This document shows positions 1 through 15,229 of a stretch of DNA of 64,000 nt, in pieces. The stretch lies in assembly GCF_009914755.1 (NCBI RefSeq), contig NC_060927.1. One strand, written 5' to 3'. Made by a program: the position numbers and the translations under genes. The notes beneath the pieces were generated by a model, which saw only the letters and a program-made list of their open reading frames with translations, did not search any database and had not been told where the DNA came from. This DNA is from the human T2T-CHM13v2.0 reference genome, Homo sapiens. How positions within the stretch are numbered: position 1 is the stretch's first letter; every line of letters begins with the position of its first letter.

Positions 1-225
1 GGAATGAATGAGTACTAGATTTTTCCTTTCTGCTTTTGGAAATCTAGGCTCAGTGCCAAGACATACTTACTAGGAGATGAAACATATCTCCAGTGGTATA
101 ATTATTTAGCACATGACACTTATAAGGAGATCATAGGAACCTGTATGCATATAGTCTGGGGGAGGGATCTGTGGTTAAAAGGGTAGGTAGGGGAAAATGT
201 AAAGATATATGCATAGTTTAGCATT

Positions 226-2172
226 TACTTATTTATTTATTAATTTTTACTTTATTTTCAGGAGTACATGTGCAGGTTTGTTATATAGGTAAATTGTGTG
301 TCATGGGGATTTGGTGTACAAAATATTTTATCACCAGGGTAATAAACATAATATCTGATAAGTAGTTTTTCAATCCTCACCCCACTCTCACCCTTTACCA
401 TTAAGTAGGCCCTGGTGTCTGTGTACTCAATGTTTAGATCCCACTTATAAGGAACAATATGAGGTGTTTAGTTTTCTGTTCCTGCGTTAGTTCACTTAGA
501 AAAATGGCCTCCAGCTCCATCCATGTTGCTGCAAAAGACATGATCTCATTCTTTTTCATGGCTGTGTAGCATTCCATGGCATATATGTACCACATTTTCT
601 TTACCCAGTCTACCATTGATGGGTATCTATGTCGATTTTATGTCTTTGCTATTGTGAATAGTGTGGTGATGAACATATGGGTGTATGTGTCTTTATGGTA
701 AAATGATCTATATTTCTTTGGGTATATATCCAATAATGGGATTTCTGGATTGAATGGTAGTTCTATTTTAAGTTATTTGAGAAATTACCAAACTGCTTTC
801 CACAGTGGCTGAACTAACTTACATTCCCACCAGCTGTGTATGAGCATTCCCTTTTTTCTACAACCTCACCAGCATCTGTTATTTTTTGACTTATTAAAAA
901 TAGCCATCCTGACTGGTATGAGATGGTATCTCATTGTGGTTTTAATTTGCATTTCTCTGATGGTTAGTGATGTTGAACATTTTTTCATATGCTTGTTGGC
1001 TGCATGTGTGTCTTCTTTTGGAAAATGTCTTTTTATGTCCTTTGTCCACTTTTTAATGGTGCTGTTTGTTTTTTGCTTAATTTGTTTACATTCTTTATGG
1101 ATTCTGGATATTAGACCTTTGCCAGATGCATATATGCAAATACTCCCTCACATTCTGTGAGAGATATTTCTCCCCTCTGAGAGATATTTCTTTCATTCTG
1201 TCTGTTTACTCTGTTGATAGTTTCTTTTGCTGTGTGGAAGCTCTTTAGTTTAATTAGGTTTCATTCGTTAGTTTTTGTTTTTGTTGCAATTGCTTTTATT
1301 GTCTTCTTCATGAAATCGTTGCCAGTGCCTATGTCCAGGATGGTATTTCCTAGGTTATGTTCCAGGGTTTTTATAGTTTTAGGTTTTACATTCATGTCTT
1401 TAACCCATCTTAAGTTGATTTTTATATATGGTGTAAGGGAAGAGTCCAGTTTCAATCTTCTGCATGTGGCTAGCCAGTTATCCCAGCACCATTTATTGAA
1501 TAGGGAATCTTTCCCATTGCTTATTTTTGTTAACATTGTTGAAGATCAGATGGCTGTAGGAGTGCAGCATTGTTTCTGGGCTCTCTATTCTGTTCCATTG
1601 GTCTATGTGTCTATTTTTGTACCAGTACCATGCTGTTTTGGTTACAGTAGTTTTGTAGTATAGTTTGAGGTTGGGTGATGTGATGCCTCCAGCTTTGTTC
1701 ATTTTCCTTAGGATTGCCTTGAGTATTTAGGCTCTTTTTTGGTTCCATATGAATTTTAAAATAGTATTTTCTAATTCTGTGAAGGATGTCTTTGGTAGTT
1801 TGATAGAAATAGCATTGAATCTGTAGATTGCTTTGGGAAATATGGCCATTTTAACAATATTGATTATTTCTATCCATAAGCATAGAATTTTTTTTTTAAT
1901 TTGTGTCATCTGTGATTTCTTTGAGCAGTGTTTTGTAATTCTCATTGTAGAGCTCTTCACCTCTCTGGTTAGCTGTATTCCTAGGTATTTTGTTCTTTTT
2001 GTGGCTATTGTGAATGAGATTGTGTTCTCGATGTGGCTCTCAGCTTGGATGTTGTTGGTGCATAGAAGTGCAACTGATTTTTCTACATTGATTTTGTATC
2101 CTAAAACCTTGCGGAAGTTGTTTATCAGATCTAGGAGCTTTTGAGCAGAGTCTATCGGGTTTTCTAGGTATA
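226..2172 (-). mobile_element. L1PA (older, ~L1PA13-16 type), 5'-truncated: ORF2 3' part and 3'UTR
   Basis: Minus-strand ORFs give L1 ORF2 peptides ([53 protein letters not shown]). T-rich tail and 'gtacatgtgcaggtttgttatataggtaaa' 3' end at 226-300. Confidence 0.9.
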
Positions 2173-3165
2173 ATTTTTTTTTTTTTTGCATTCAAAATAC
2201 AGTTGTGAACAGATACGGCTTGATTATTTTTACTCCTTTTTAAAACAGGAAAAAAATTCAAGCAGTACAAAAGAGAATAAAAATATCTGCCTTCAAGCTC
2301 TTTCTCTGAAAGTTCCCCTCTCAGGTGGAATCACTATTACCTTTAATCACTGTTAGGTTTTTGTGAATCCTTCCAGAGATATTTGTGCATAACAAATATT
2401 TTGTTTGTTTTACACAAAAGGATAAGTGTTAAAGATGCTTCTAGAATAATACATTGGGTGGTCCTTATTAACCTTATAAGCATTTATGATACATGACCTC
2501 AATATAAGCTCCCCATGTGGTACTTGATGATAAGAAAAAAACTTTTTATTACGGATACAGTTACAAAACTTAAAATCTGCTAAAGAGAAAATAATTTAAG
2601 AATAATGGATATTGAAAGGGCCATCACTTGTACCAGTGTGTTTTGAAGCACATATTTTACATTTGTTTTTCCTACAGTGTCTCTGTGATATGCTTTCCTG
2701 GTTACCAGGTAATAGACAAAATGAGAATAAAACTCCCTGGAGAACTGAAATGGAATTGTGTGTTATTGCAGATTTTCTCCACAGATGGCATTCATTGTCA
2801 CCAGTTTCCTTAGGGCAATTTGGAAACTCAGAGGCCCTGAATATAAGAGATAATATATATTTACTGGGTAGCTGGTACTTTCCTCTAAGTATGTCTTTAT
2901 CTACTTATAATTATGGTATACTGTCTTCTAAAAACTGAATTTGGAAGGTAAATGATAGAGTTAATTTATTAGAAATATGCAACAAATGTATAAATGTATA
3001 AATTCTGGCAGGAGTGCTGTGAGAAAGAGGTATAAAGACAGTGATATTTTTGAAAAATGAGACCTTGTTCTTAAGAGCAAGTCAAAACACAAGTCTCACA
3101 ACTCTACATTCCGTATTTTTTGGTTAAAAAAATTTCCCAACCATAACAACAAAAAGCAGGTAGGA

Positions 3166-3582
<417 letters not shown>

Positions 3583-3739
3583 TCAATCTCTTCAGGTGTC
3601 AGCTTTTCTTTATTTGTCAGGCTGAGTAGTAATCTCTCATGTTCTTTCAAAATCCAACATTCTATCATCTTAGGAAGGAACTTCAAATAATTCATTCTCT
3701 CTTCATCTCAATAAAAACTGCATTTGACATTGAGATTCT

Positions 3740-5160
3740 TGTTCGATAATCTATTAGGTCAAGATTGTTAATTGTATTCTTCAAATCCTTCATATTCCTT
3801 ATATCCCTTCTAATTTAATGTCTGCTTGTTCTATCAACTATTGATAGAGGTGTGTTAAAATCTCTCACTATGATTGTAGGTTTTTCCACTTCTCTTTTCA
3901 GTTCTTTGTACGTATTTAAGCTAGGTTGTTAAGTTTATGCAAATGTTCAATTGTTTAATCTTCTTGGTGAATTAAAACTTTATATATGAAATGTGTCTCC
4001 TCACCTCCAGTAATGACTTTTGCGTTAAAGTCTGCTGAACTGACTGATTTGGGGATATATTAATGTATAAGATATATCAATTTTGGGGCTCACATTTTTG
4101 CATGGCATTTATTTTTTCATACTTGTACTTTCATTGTTTCTATATTCTTATGTATAAGATGTGCCTTTGTAAGTAGTTTATGTTTTTGTCCATTTCTGCT
4201 TCTATAACAAAATATCTCACACTGGGCAACTTAGAGAGAACAGAAATTTATTTTCTTATGATACTGGAGGCTGGAAAGTCGAAGGTCAAGGCACCGGTAG
4301 ATTTATTTCTGGTTAGGGCTGCTTTCTGCTTCCAAGAAAGCACATAGTGGAATTGGCAAATGGTGTGTCCTCATGTGACAGAATCAAAAAGGCAAAAGGG
4401 GCCACTTAGTTTCCTCAAGTCCTTTTATATGGATACTAATCCCATTCATGAGGGGAAAGCCTACATGAGTTAATCACACTCTAAAAGCCTCACCTTCTAA
4501 TAGTATCACATTGGATCTTACGTTCCAACATGTGAATTTGGAGGGACACGTATATTCAAAACATAACAGCTTATGTTTGTGTGTTTTTGGAAGTCTGCTC
4601 TGACGTTTTTTAATTGAATGATTTAGTTCATTTACATTTATTCTAATTAGAGGTCTAATTAAGTTTCTATCTTACTATGTGTTTTCTATTTGTATCATGT
4701 ACTAAGTACTATATATACTAAGCTAGTGTTAATTCTTTTTTTGTGCCTCTTTTTTATTGAGTATTTTAAATTATTTTTACCTTTATTATATTAGTAGTTA
4801 TACATACTTTTACTCCCCTTTAATGTTAAATGTAGCTATTATAACATGCAACTTTGATTTACTAAAGTCTAATATAAGTTTTGCTTTTACCACTTTCTTG
4901 GCAATGCAAGGATCTTAGTATATTTTAACTCCATTAAACCTTCTTTCAACTTACCATTTTCATTGTTATGGTTTATGTTTTATACCTCTGCACTTCAATC
5001 TGGGACCTTTTATTAGCCTAAAGAATACATTTCAGTATTTCTATTTTTAAAAGTTTGCTGGTGGTGACTCAATTTTGTCTGTCAAAATCTCATTTTTCAC
5101 TTTAATTCTTAAAGGATAGTTTGCTGACTATAGACCTCTAGATTGGTCGTCAATTTTCTC
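3740..5160 (-). mobile_element. Old L1M fragment, interrupted by a MaLR LTR
   Basis: Antisense L1 endonuclease-region motif 'gttctatcaactattgatagaggtgtgttaaaatctctcactatgattgt'; highly diverged. Confidence 0.6.
4181..4568 (-). mobile_element. MaLR solo LTR (MSTC/MSTD/MLT1A-like)
   Basis: TG...CA ends, 'ctataacaaaatatctcacactgggcaac...ggaggctggaaagtcgaaggtcaaggcacc', 5-bp TSD gttta/gctta. Confidence 0.85.
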
Positions 5161-6849
5161 AATTTCCACAAAGTTTGGACAAAAAGTAGCTGGTTTAAGT
5201 TGTAACAGGAAAGTTAAGGAAAGGTTCTTGTTATAGAAATTATTGACCATGATGCAGAATGTCTTACATCATATTCTACAGACTTTTAGTTCCATGAGCT
5301 TCCCTAAGAAAAAAAGGACTCCATAACCTCATAATCTCATGGAAACATGCAACCTCTGTCTCACTTGTTGGAATTCACTGTGCATTTTAGACCTTGAAGA
5401 GGCTGCTGTTATGAAATCCATTTAACTTTGTTATTCAGCATTCCACAAAAATATTTGATTAGGAAGCTATTGTTCTGGGTAAACACTAATAAATATTTCA
5501 AGCATCTGGTGATATAAACTGTGCATTTTGGGAATGCTTCTTTAAGGGCTTAAGGACTCTACAGCTCTGGGGTGCAAATAAGAATTCCTTACTGTGTGAG
5601 GGTTTTGTTGTTGTTGTTGTTTGTTTGTTTGTTTGTTTTTAAAGTTTAAGCTATTCTTTGTCATCTGAATACTTTAAAATCTGTTGTTCCAGTTTCTGGC
5701 TATGGATAAAGTCTTCCATGGAATTCAGTTTCATGATTGCTGTCACAAGATAGCATGACTAGTAAATACAACCAGTTCTGATGCAACTAGGTAAAGCCCT
5801 TATAAATTCAGATTTGCATTCACTTAAAGACATTCATAATCTGTGCAGAGAGGGGCATCTTGATAACCCTCATGTCACATTTTTTTGTAAAATAAATAAA
5901 CAGGAAATTATATTTACTGTACTGTGAGGACTTCATTAATTCAGGAAGGGCATGGGGGAGACAGTAAATCAACTTTATCTAAAAATCTGGTGGGATTTAT
6001 TTATAAAACAATATATTGCTTCCTGAATTTTTTTTTTTTTTTTTGCTCAGACACCTGTGACCCTTTCATTTAAGTCTTCATGCAAAATGGGACATTTTCC
6101 TATCATCTTGCTCTGCTTCCCTTTCTGTCTTCAAGCCCAGCTGGCAGTAAGGTCTGATACTAGAAATTACCACTAAAAACACCCCAAACCTGTTGTATCC
6201 ATCAGATCCTATAGAGAAAGCAGAGAATCTCAGACTAGATGTACATGGACAGTGTTGCTGGTGACCTTGAGTGATTAGAGGATCTAAGAAATGGCTTTAG
6301 GCACCTCAACCAACAAAAGAGCTGCCTCATATGTCAAAATGTGCCAGTGTGGCAGCCAGTAGCTTCCAGGCTCTCTTCTTTCCTTGAGAATTTTCAAGGA
6401 ACTCAGGAAGCAAGCCCTTGTTGCAATCCCCTTCTTATCTTTAATGCTGCACACATACAGCTCTGACACGCATTATATTATTAGTTCCTACTTTCTCAAT
6501 TTTAATTAAAAACAGAAATGAACTATTTTAATCTACCGTTTTTAAGAGTCAGCATTATTGCATGTGATTATCCACTGAAATGGGGTTGGCACAGAAAAAT
6601 AATGATATTTAAAATATTATCTCTACTGTTTTAGCTTGCTCTCCCAGCAAATCTTAATTTACTCCAAAAATCTCTTTACATGTGATCCTAAATAAATAGG
6701 CATTTATCTAGTAGATCAGGAATCTAGATGTTAACCTTTCAAGTGTTATTTGAGCTGTCTTCTGTCATCATAAACCTTAAAATCTTTTGGCATTTACAAC
6801 TGTACAGTTTTTTTAAAATCCCACATACAAATAAGATAGTTTATAAGTA

Positions 6850-6984
6850 GAGTGGTTATCAGGCTCTGTGTTTTGCCCAGGAGAGTCCTAGTTTATCCCT
6901 ACTGTCCTAGGCCAAACATGAATAGTAACCTCTTTCACTTTCAGAAGTGTCTTGGTATGGAGAATAAGTTATATGGTTACCCTG
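6850..6984. mobile_element. MER94-like hAT-Blackjack MITE
   Basis: Ends in 'tatatggttaccctg' TIR; internal 'ctttcactttcagaagtgtc' matches the recalled MER94 consensus. Confidence 0.65.
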
Positions 6985-7099
6985 TTTAAAATACGATTTA
7001 ATCCAATTATAGGAATTATTATGAAACAAAGAATTAGTCATTTTGGTACTTAAGGAAAATGGTTGTTTTTGATTCATCCATAAACACTTTCAACTAAGT

Positions 7100-7244
7100 C
7101 CATGGTTCTGATTGCACATCAGAATCACATTTATACCACTCATAGACCAATTGCATACAAATCTCTGGGGGTGGGGAACAGGCATCAGTTTTTTAAAAAG
7201 CGTCACAGAGAATTCCAATATGCAGTTAAAATTAAGAACCACTG
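7100..7244. mobile_element. MER5A/B-like hAT-Charlie fragment
   Basis: 'gcacatcagaatcac...tatgcagttaaaattaagaaccactg' terminus. Confidence 0.65.
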
Positions 7245-7718
7245 GATTATATAGCTTGTACATTTAAACTGGCTTTTTGGGGGGATTATTCAAAGATGTT
7301 TTAAATAATTTTTTTTAGACAGCATGCCTATCTAATTTTCTAATTAATTAAATTAGAAACTTGTTAAGTATGTACAATAGACCAAATCAATAAATGCTTT
7401 TGAAGCAACTACTGTAAGTAATTGACCAAATGCCTTAGTGGCCAATTTCATCACAAAGATCATTCTAAAAATTTAGCTATTTTTGGTTTCTTGGTTTTTT
7501 GCTAACTTTCTGCTAATAGTTAAATAAACATTTAGTGGTGAATGTGTATGTTGGAACTCTGCTTATAAATGGTTGATGCAGTTTCTCGGTTAATATAGAT
7601 AAAAGGCAATTCCACAGATGAATATTGTCTTGAGAATTGTTAAAGTAACTCATAGGAAATTCAGGGATATCTGGTGCTTCAGAAGATTCTGTAGAGAAAT
7701 AAACAGTGATGCATCAAA

Positions 7719-8031
7719 CATCTTAGTCCATTTGGGGATGCTATAATAAAGAACCTTAGACTGGGTAATTTATAAAGAACAGAAATTTATTGCTTAAAGT
7801 ACTGGAGACTGAGAAGTCCAAAATCAAGGCATTGATTCTGTGTCTGGCAAGGGCTTGCTCTCTGCTTTAAAGATGGTACCTTCTTGCTTCATTCTCATGT
7901 AGCAAAAGGCGCAAAGGTAGAGCCCTCATGACCTGATACCCACAAAAGGCTCCAACTTTTAATACTATCACATTGAATATTAGGTTCTGACATATGAATT
8001 TGGGGAAGACACCAACATTTATAGTGTAACA
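7719..8031 (-). mobile_element. MaLR solo LTR (MSTD/MLT1A-like)
   Basis: 'tcttagtccatttggggatgctataataaag...agactgggtaatttataaagaacagaaatttatt' to 'accaacatttatagtgtaaca'. Confidence 0.8.
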
Positions 8032-8926
8032 CTGAACATTCATCATAGTGTAAGATTTGTTAGCCCATAGGAATGGGAGCTACAAAATTACAAAGGGTTT
8101 AGGGGTGTCTTACTGTGGGGGACAAACAATAGCACGAAAACTTTCATCTAGATATTTCCTAAAAGGTACCAAGAAAAGACAGGTCCTCAGGATGGACCTT
8201 GCAGTGAGTTAAAGAAATTCTGTGCTTCTAGTCGCCATACAAACTTGTTACATTCTTCAGAAGAAAGGGAGAGTCTTCAATATTAAGTTTTTACTGTTTA
8301 AAATAACTCTTTACTATTTAAAAATGATTTTGTTAAGCTTATGATTAATTCATAGCCCCTGTAAGTCACTACTTTTATTCTGGATGTGTTTAACATATTA
8401 GGGCTTCATTTTATTTTGATTTAAAGACTGACATCTTCTCTTTACTCTACTCAATTATTATACTTTGAAGAAACTGACACATTACACGAAGTTCTCCATA
8501 AAGAAGTCAAGGTCGGTTTGTTCTACAATTTTTTTAGAGTAGATGATGTTCTATAATAAAATTTCCTCTGAGATCTTAAGGTGAAAGTGTTGAGCTATAT
8601 TAAGATTACATGACTTCAAAAAGACACAGAGTAAGCATTTGAAAGATCTCAAAACTGAAGATAATGTACCATATGTTAGAAGGAATTTATCTCAATTCAA
8701 ATATGCTTTTAAAAATATAGAAATTAATTTCTTTGAAGAATTTGTTTTAGCAAAAGATGCTTTTGGAAGATCAGTTTCACCCAAAGAATATATGAATAAG
8801 CTGATTTTAGCCTATTTCACTTGTGACCTGTTATTCATATAATCAAATACATAGGCCTAAGGATGACTTACTGGGCCCTGAGATTTTGAAAATGAATGTG
8901 TTGAAAAATAAAAAAAAATTCTAGGA

Positions 8927-9108
8927 CAGTGGTTCTCAAAGTGTGGTTGCTGGGCCAGCAGCATTGGGATTACCTGGGAACTTATTACAAATGCAAATTC
9001 TTGATCCTCAACCAAGACCTCCTCAGTCATATCTCTGGTATTGTGCCTAGCAATCTCTTTTAATGAGGCTCTAGGTGATCCTGACGCATCCTAAAATTTT
9101 AGATTTCT
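8927..9108. mobile_element. MER5A
   Basis: 'cagtggttctcaaagtgtgg...cagcagcatt...aaatgcaaattc...taggtgatcctgacgca'. Confidence 0.85.
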
Positions 9109-12100
9109 AGGGATTGAACTGTGAGGTTAGTGAGATAAGGAGGAAATTATTTGGTAAAGCTAGATGATGTGGAATCTTGACTAGTTTTACTGTGTCTCTT
9201 TAAGAATTCATTTGTAGAATGCATTTTAAAGACTGTATGTGCCCATGGATGGTTATAATTGCTTATTGTTATTGAACAATGGGATAATTTTTATGAGCAA
9301 ATTTACATGTAACTTATGTGCATCTGCTTCATCTTGCTTAATTTCTTTCTTATTTCTCTCAATGAATAAATGCAGTTTACATTTTAACAATAAATATCTA
9401 GCCAACAGCTGATCCTTTGAATATCTCTTTTGCTTCTATTTAAGTTATATGGATATTTATAAGTTTTTTTAATATAAAGTTTTATTGAATAGCTCATTTC
9501 TTAGATAAACCCTCACTACACTGAGCAGTAGTTTTCTGTGATTTTTTTTTTTACTTCTAATATGAGATTTTCCTAGATACATAATAAATTTACATAAACA
9601 TACATGTATATTTTATGTAAATATACTTTAAAAATATACAGTGTCTAGCACATAGGAAGCATATCACCCAACAAAACAGACAAAGCTCTTGCCCCTATGG
9701 CCTTACTTTCTAGCAAATATCACATAATATAAATCAAATTTAAAAGTGAAAGTCATAAGAAATACTTAAACTGATGACCTTTATTTTATTGTGATAGACC
9801 CTCGTAGTACAGTTTCCATGTGTCATCTGGAATTATTTATCTATTAGTTATAAAGGTGACATTGTCAATAATCTATCTTTGAGGATCTATCTGAATCTCT
9901 TATCTGAGTTCCTACCTGTAGTCTTTGGCCCCATGTATCCAGTAACTGTCCTCTGCTTCTTTGATCAGTATTTTTAACTATAAGTTCAGCAATGGTAGAC
10001 TCAAAAGGATTCAAATAATTTACAATAGAAATGCCATCTGAGTGCAGCCATTTTTGTCTAGGGCTTTTCTGTGATTTATGTGTCAGGACCAGGGAGAAGA
10101 AATGATTAATAAATATGTAGATGCTTAGGGAGATGAAGAGAAGATCTACAGCACTTAATAACTTAATCTTCTCAAGGATGGGCTCTTTGTCCATATAGAA
10201 ATTGTGATTTTTGTGGCCTTTAAAATTCCTGCTTTCACATTATGAAAGTGATAACGTGATTTTGTTTTCAAAGAATACTCACTGCCTATCCTGGAGTTTC
10301 ATGTGATTGTTCATCTGCATATGGTGGATCTAGTGAGCACCTGTGGTCTTTTTGAGTCCCCAAGGCCCCATCCCACCTGTGTCTTTTCAAGCACCCCCTT
10401 GAATATTTCAAAGGAAATCCACCATTAATTGCAGGATATGGAGAAATTCTTCCATTATTACTGTATTTGAAATTATTGTTTTACTCAATTCCAAATACTT
10501 TGGTTACATTCTCCCTCCCCCATAATCCTAGCATTATGAATATTTCTTATGCACACTACTTTTGATCAGTGTATTCATGGTATATAATTGTCTTCAGGGA
10601 AGTTGAACAGAGACCCTTGTGGGTGAAGACTGTACAGAGATACCCATATGGGTGAGGACTGTACAGTCTTTTTGTACAGAGACTGTACAGAGATGATCTA
10701 TACAATAGTGAGTATGGGGTGAAGAGCCCTTTTGACAAAGGTAGCACCTGAGCCAGCCTGGATGGAGGATAGTGGCTGGGAAAAAATTTCCTTAACTGGA
10801 ATGTTCCAAAGTAAAGGGAATTGTTTTCCAGCAATATAGTCCATAAGAAAGGGAAAACTGGATTAACTTGTCCAGCTTGAGCCCTTTGAGAGCCTTAAGT
10901 CCTTGGGACAAGCAGGAAGCTAGTCCTAAACAGTGCCTCAAACCAGGTAGGCAGGAGAGTCTCCTTCCACAGGTTTTTACTTAGATAACCCAACAAAGTG
11001 AACTATAAGAACCACAGGAGTTAAGTACTCAATTCATTTTCCAGCTGGATGTGTACCTGGGGGAAAGAGGCTCTCAATGACCCAGTGCAAGTGGCAAGTC
11101 TATATTTTTGTATTTTACTTAAACTCTTCTATATTATCATTTGGGTGTGGATTTGTATAAGTATCACCTTACTAATGAGGATTTTGAAATTTCACTGATG
11201 GAAATTCCTTTTGGTAGCAGAGTTCCTAAACCAGTAGATTTGGCTTTTTCCCATGTCAGCTGGATTCCAAGGTAGGGAGCTACTCTTGGGCAGACCCATT
11301 TCCCACTCCTGTTCCCGGGTCCTTGTGTAGCCTTGGATAAGAAGCTGGCTAAGGATGGGTGAGGACAACATAGAGTTAATAATTCATGGACACCTAGTGT
11401 CTGCATTCGGGAATAGATGGGAGAATGGATGCCTTTCTTCAGCTCCCTCAGTTCCTTGGGATGACAGGTGGTTGGCTGTTAGGCCCTTTGCTGGCAACTT
11501 CTTTCTAATCATATGTACTTTCTACTCCATCCTCCTGCTGACATTTTCACCTGCCTGCAGAAACCACAATTAAGGATTTTATAATATTTTGTAGTTATAA
11601 GAGGATGAGATTCTTTACAACTTGCCTATTGTTTAATTTTTCAGAAATCCAACCTTTGACCACCTTCTTTGTAACATACATATAAACCTATAGGATGGCC
11701 TATATAATAGTATGTATATGTTTAACATCACACAAGATAGCTTCAAGGGGGACTGAGATTCATTTTATATTGATACAATCTGTAAGAGAACTATTTTACA
11801 ATTACTTGCTTAATAGGAAAAAATCTGTAAATAAGGAAATAATTTTAATTTTGGTTCTGAAATGTAAACAAAGTTTCTGTGAGTTGTATGCAGTTGTAAC
11901 AGGATTCTGAGTATTGCAGAGTTGTAGGATACCTTTAGAGCTAGAAGTAAACTCAGAGATCACCTAAGCCAATCATCTCATTTTTCGTAATATAAATTTT
12001 GGCTGTGATTAATATCTTTCTAAATACCGGTAAGAAAACAAACCCAAAATGAACATATGGCTCATAAGTTCAATCGTATAATTTCTCTGAAATATTCACC

Positions 12101-12210
12101 TGTTAGAGTAAATTGAACACTGAGTAGTATTTAGTATTTATCATATATTCTATAATGTTAGCTATTTTAAAGTATGTCCTTTAATCCTTCCTGAACAAAG
12201 TGTTGTTTTT

Positions 12211-12826
<616 letters not shown>

Positions 12827-13567
12827 CCTGGCCCAAACCAAATTTTATTATCTCAGTTTTACAGTCTAATCTCTGAGCTGTACTCATTTAGATATGTTTG
12901 GAAACAACTTACTCTGGTTTACAAGGTACACAACTAGAAATATAGGCAATCCCTACATGTAAAAAGTCATAATCCAAAACTATTTGAATTCAGAAAGCAA
13001 TTCCTTATGGGAACAATGTTAGAAGTGTCGGTTAAATTCCCAGTTTAGCCTCCAAAATTCCAAATTTTTCCACTTGTATCTAGTTGCAGTTCTGCGCATT
13101 TACGGCAGATTTAGAAAGCAACCTGTTGCCATCCAAATACTTAGTGAGAGATTATTTGTTTTAAATTTTGGTGCCTGAGTAAATTTGGGGATGATGAGGC
13201 AGTAGAGGGTAATGTCTGCTGAAACTTCTGTTGTTAGAATTTCTTTGTGTCTTTTATCTCATAGCTTTTCTTTTCTTTGATGCAAATGTGTAATTGGTAT
13301 ACTTTTCTTATGCTTATTTGCTATAATTAGGCTGGTGTGTTTATTTTTCTCAAATTGAACAGAGAATGTAGGAAGAGAAAGATAAATTTATATGAGATAA
13401 AAGGGCAAGAATTAGAAAAGAGTTAGGAAAGGAAATGTAAAAAGGTTGCTGCCTGAGATAATTTGAAGGGGAGAAGTGTTTAGAGGAGAGTGGATTATTT
13501 GTCTTTGAAGAAGAGTCAAGGAAGTGGTGAGGGGAGAGACATGGTCTTTAACACATTTGTAAACTAA

Positions 13568-13582
13568 CCACCAGGTGGTGCC
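13568..13582 (+). promoter_or_regulatory. CTCF-like core motif
   Basis: CCACCAGGTGGTGCC against consensus CCASYAGRKGGCRS (one C>T), in non-repeat sequence. Motif match only. Confidence 0.5.
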
Positions 13583-15229
13583 ATCATCTAAGGACAGCTT
13601 AGTTGCTTTTCAGGATGTGCTGAAAGCTTGCTGTGGGTGCAAAAGTTACACAGAGTGGAAAGAGTGAGGCAGGGACCTTACAGCTTCCTGTTCATATGTA
13701 AGTTGTGAAAACCCTATAAGAAGAAGCCTAGTCAGTGTTTATTAAATTAGTGAGTGATGACTTATCAGCAAGTATTAATATTTTACCAAATTCAATTAAA
13801 AATGTTTTTAAAATTTCTTTAAATTTTTGTTCTTCTCTTTAAAAGAGGCTTCACTGTTTTAGTTATCAATATATAAGTAAAATTAAAAATTTGTAGTCTC
13901 TGTAATTGTTTTCATAGAATTGTTATTTTTATGTGACTTTCTGCACAGCTTTTAAAAAGTGGCTTCATATCTAGAGAATCCTTTCGTGAAAGTTTGGGAC
14001 ACCATGCAAAAAGAACAGAAAAGAAAACTGGGGAAAGATTAGTGATCACAAGGTGAAGGGAACACAAATTTTGAGACTCAATCAGACTCAATCAAATTTT
14101 GAGAAACACCAGTTTTTTTAGGGACGAAATAGATATAGTTAAAAATGTGATTGTTGGTGGTAACATTTGCACTTAAAACTACTGAGACTTGGGAAAAACG
14201 TGAGATGTTTACAAACTAATATGAGGCAAATGGGGATTTTCCCAAAGTGAAACAGAAGACTGGATAGATCTTGACTATCCATTCTATCCTATTTTAAATG
14301 GAAAAATAAAAGTACTTGTTTGGTAATCTCTAAAAGTTTTTATTAGAATATTTAGAATGTATATGCCTATTTTTACTGTAATTGGTGTGAGACCATATGA
14401 AAATAAGATATAGAGATAAAATAATTTATTTTTGTTAGTAATTTTGTGATGTGGAGTTTAAATTTGGGGAATGTTAATTTTCTAGCATTAATCTAACACT
14501 GAATCTGTTTTTCAAGTCAATAGGTAAATAGCAATTATACTTAGAAAATGATAACAAAGAACTTTCAACAAAGGAAATAAAAAGCTTTGTTAGCATGAAG
14601 AACTAAGTTTGTAGTTACTTGCCCAGACAAAGGATGAACCCTCATTTAGGTTTCTATTGATTGCAGAGTAGCCCATCAATAAAAGAAGCTTTTCTAAGGA
14701 AGATAATATGACAGCAGGAAAAACATAATTTTGCGCCTCTAACCTCAAACTCCATCCACATTAGTGGCAGTTCTTTAAAAAAAAAAAGCAACCCCAGGTA
14801 TTCCCATTGCTTTGCAACTAGTGTATTTCTTAAGAGTATTATGAGGAAGAAAAATGCCTCTGGGAAATGAGAAAGCTACGTGGTGTCCAAACTTGAACTT
14901 TCTGCTAGATCTCATGCCCATATTTGCCTTTGCCTACTGGGTGTCTTCACTTGGAATTTGCACATGCATCTTTGAATTGTTATGTCTGAGACATTTCTTA
15001 TCACCAAGGAGTTTTCCAGCGGATATTCTGATTATAATGATTTATTTTTTAGTTTCTTGTTTGGATTGTGCTCTGTACACTTCCTCCTTCTTCTTTAAAC
15101 TATCGCCTACCCCATCCCCACCTCCCCCCAGCCCACCTTGGGTTGCCATGTCTGGGTTTACATGATCCTGTGCTATGCTCTATTTCTGCCATTACAGCTC
15201 TTATCACACCATTTGCTTGTTAATATCGC

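Noticed and set aside
9865-10194. 109-aa minus-strand ORF with an internal donor-like CAG|GTAGGA
   Set aside because: No recognisable protein family and a weak acceptor; compatible with chance.
12944-13070. Possible Tigger-like remnant
   Set aside because: Too diverged to assign without a database search.
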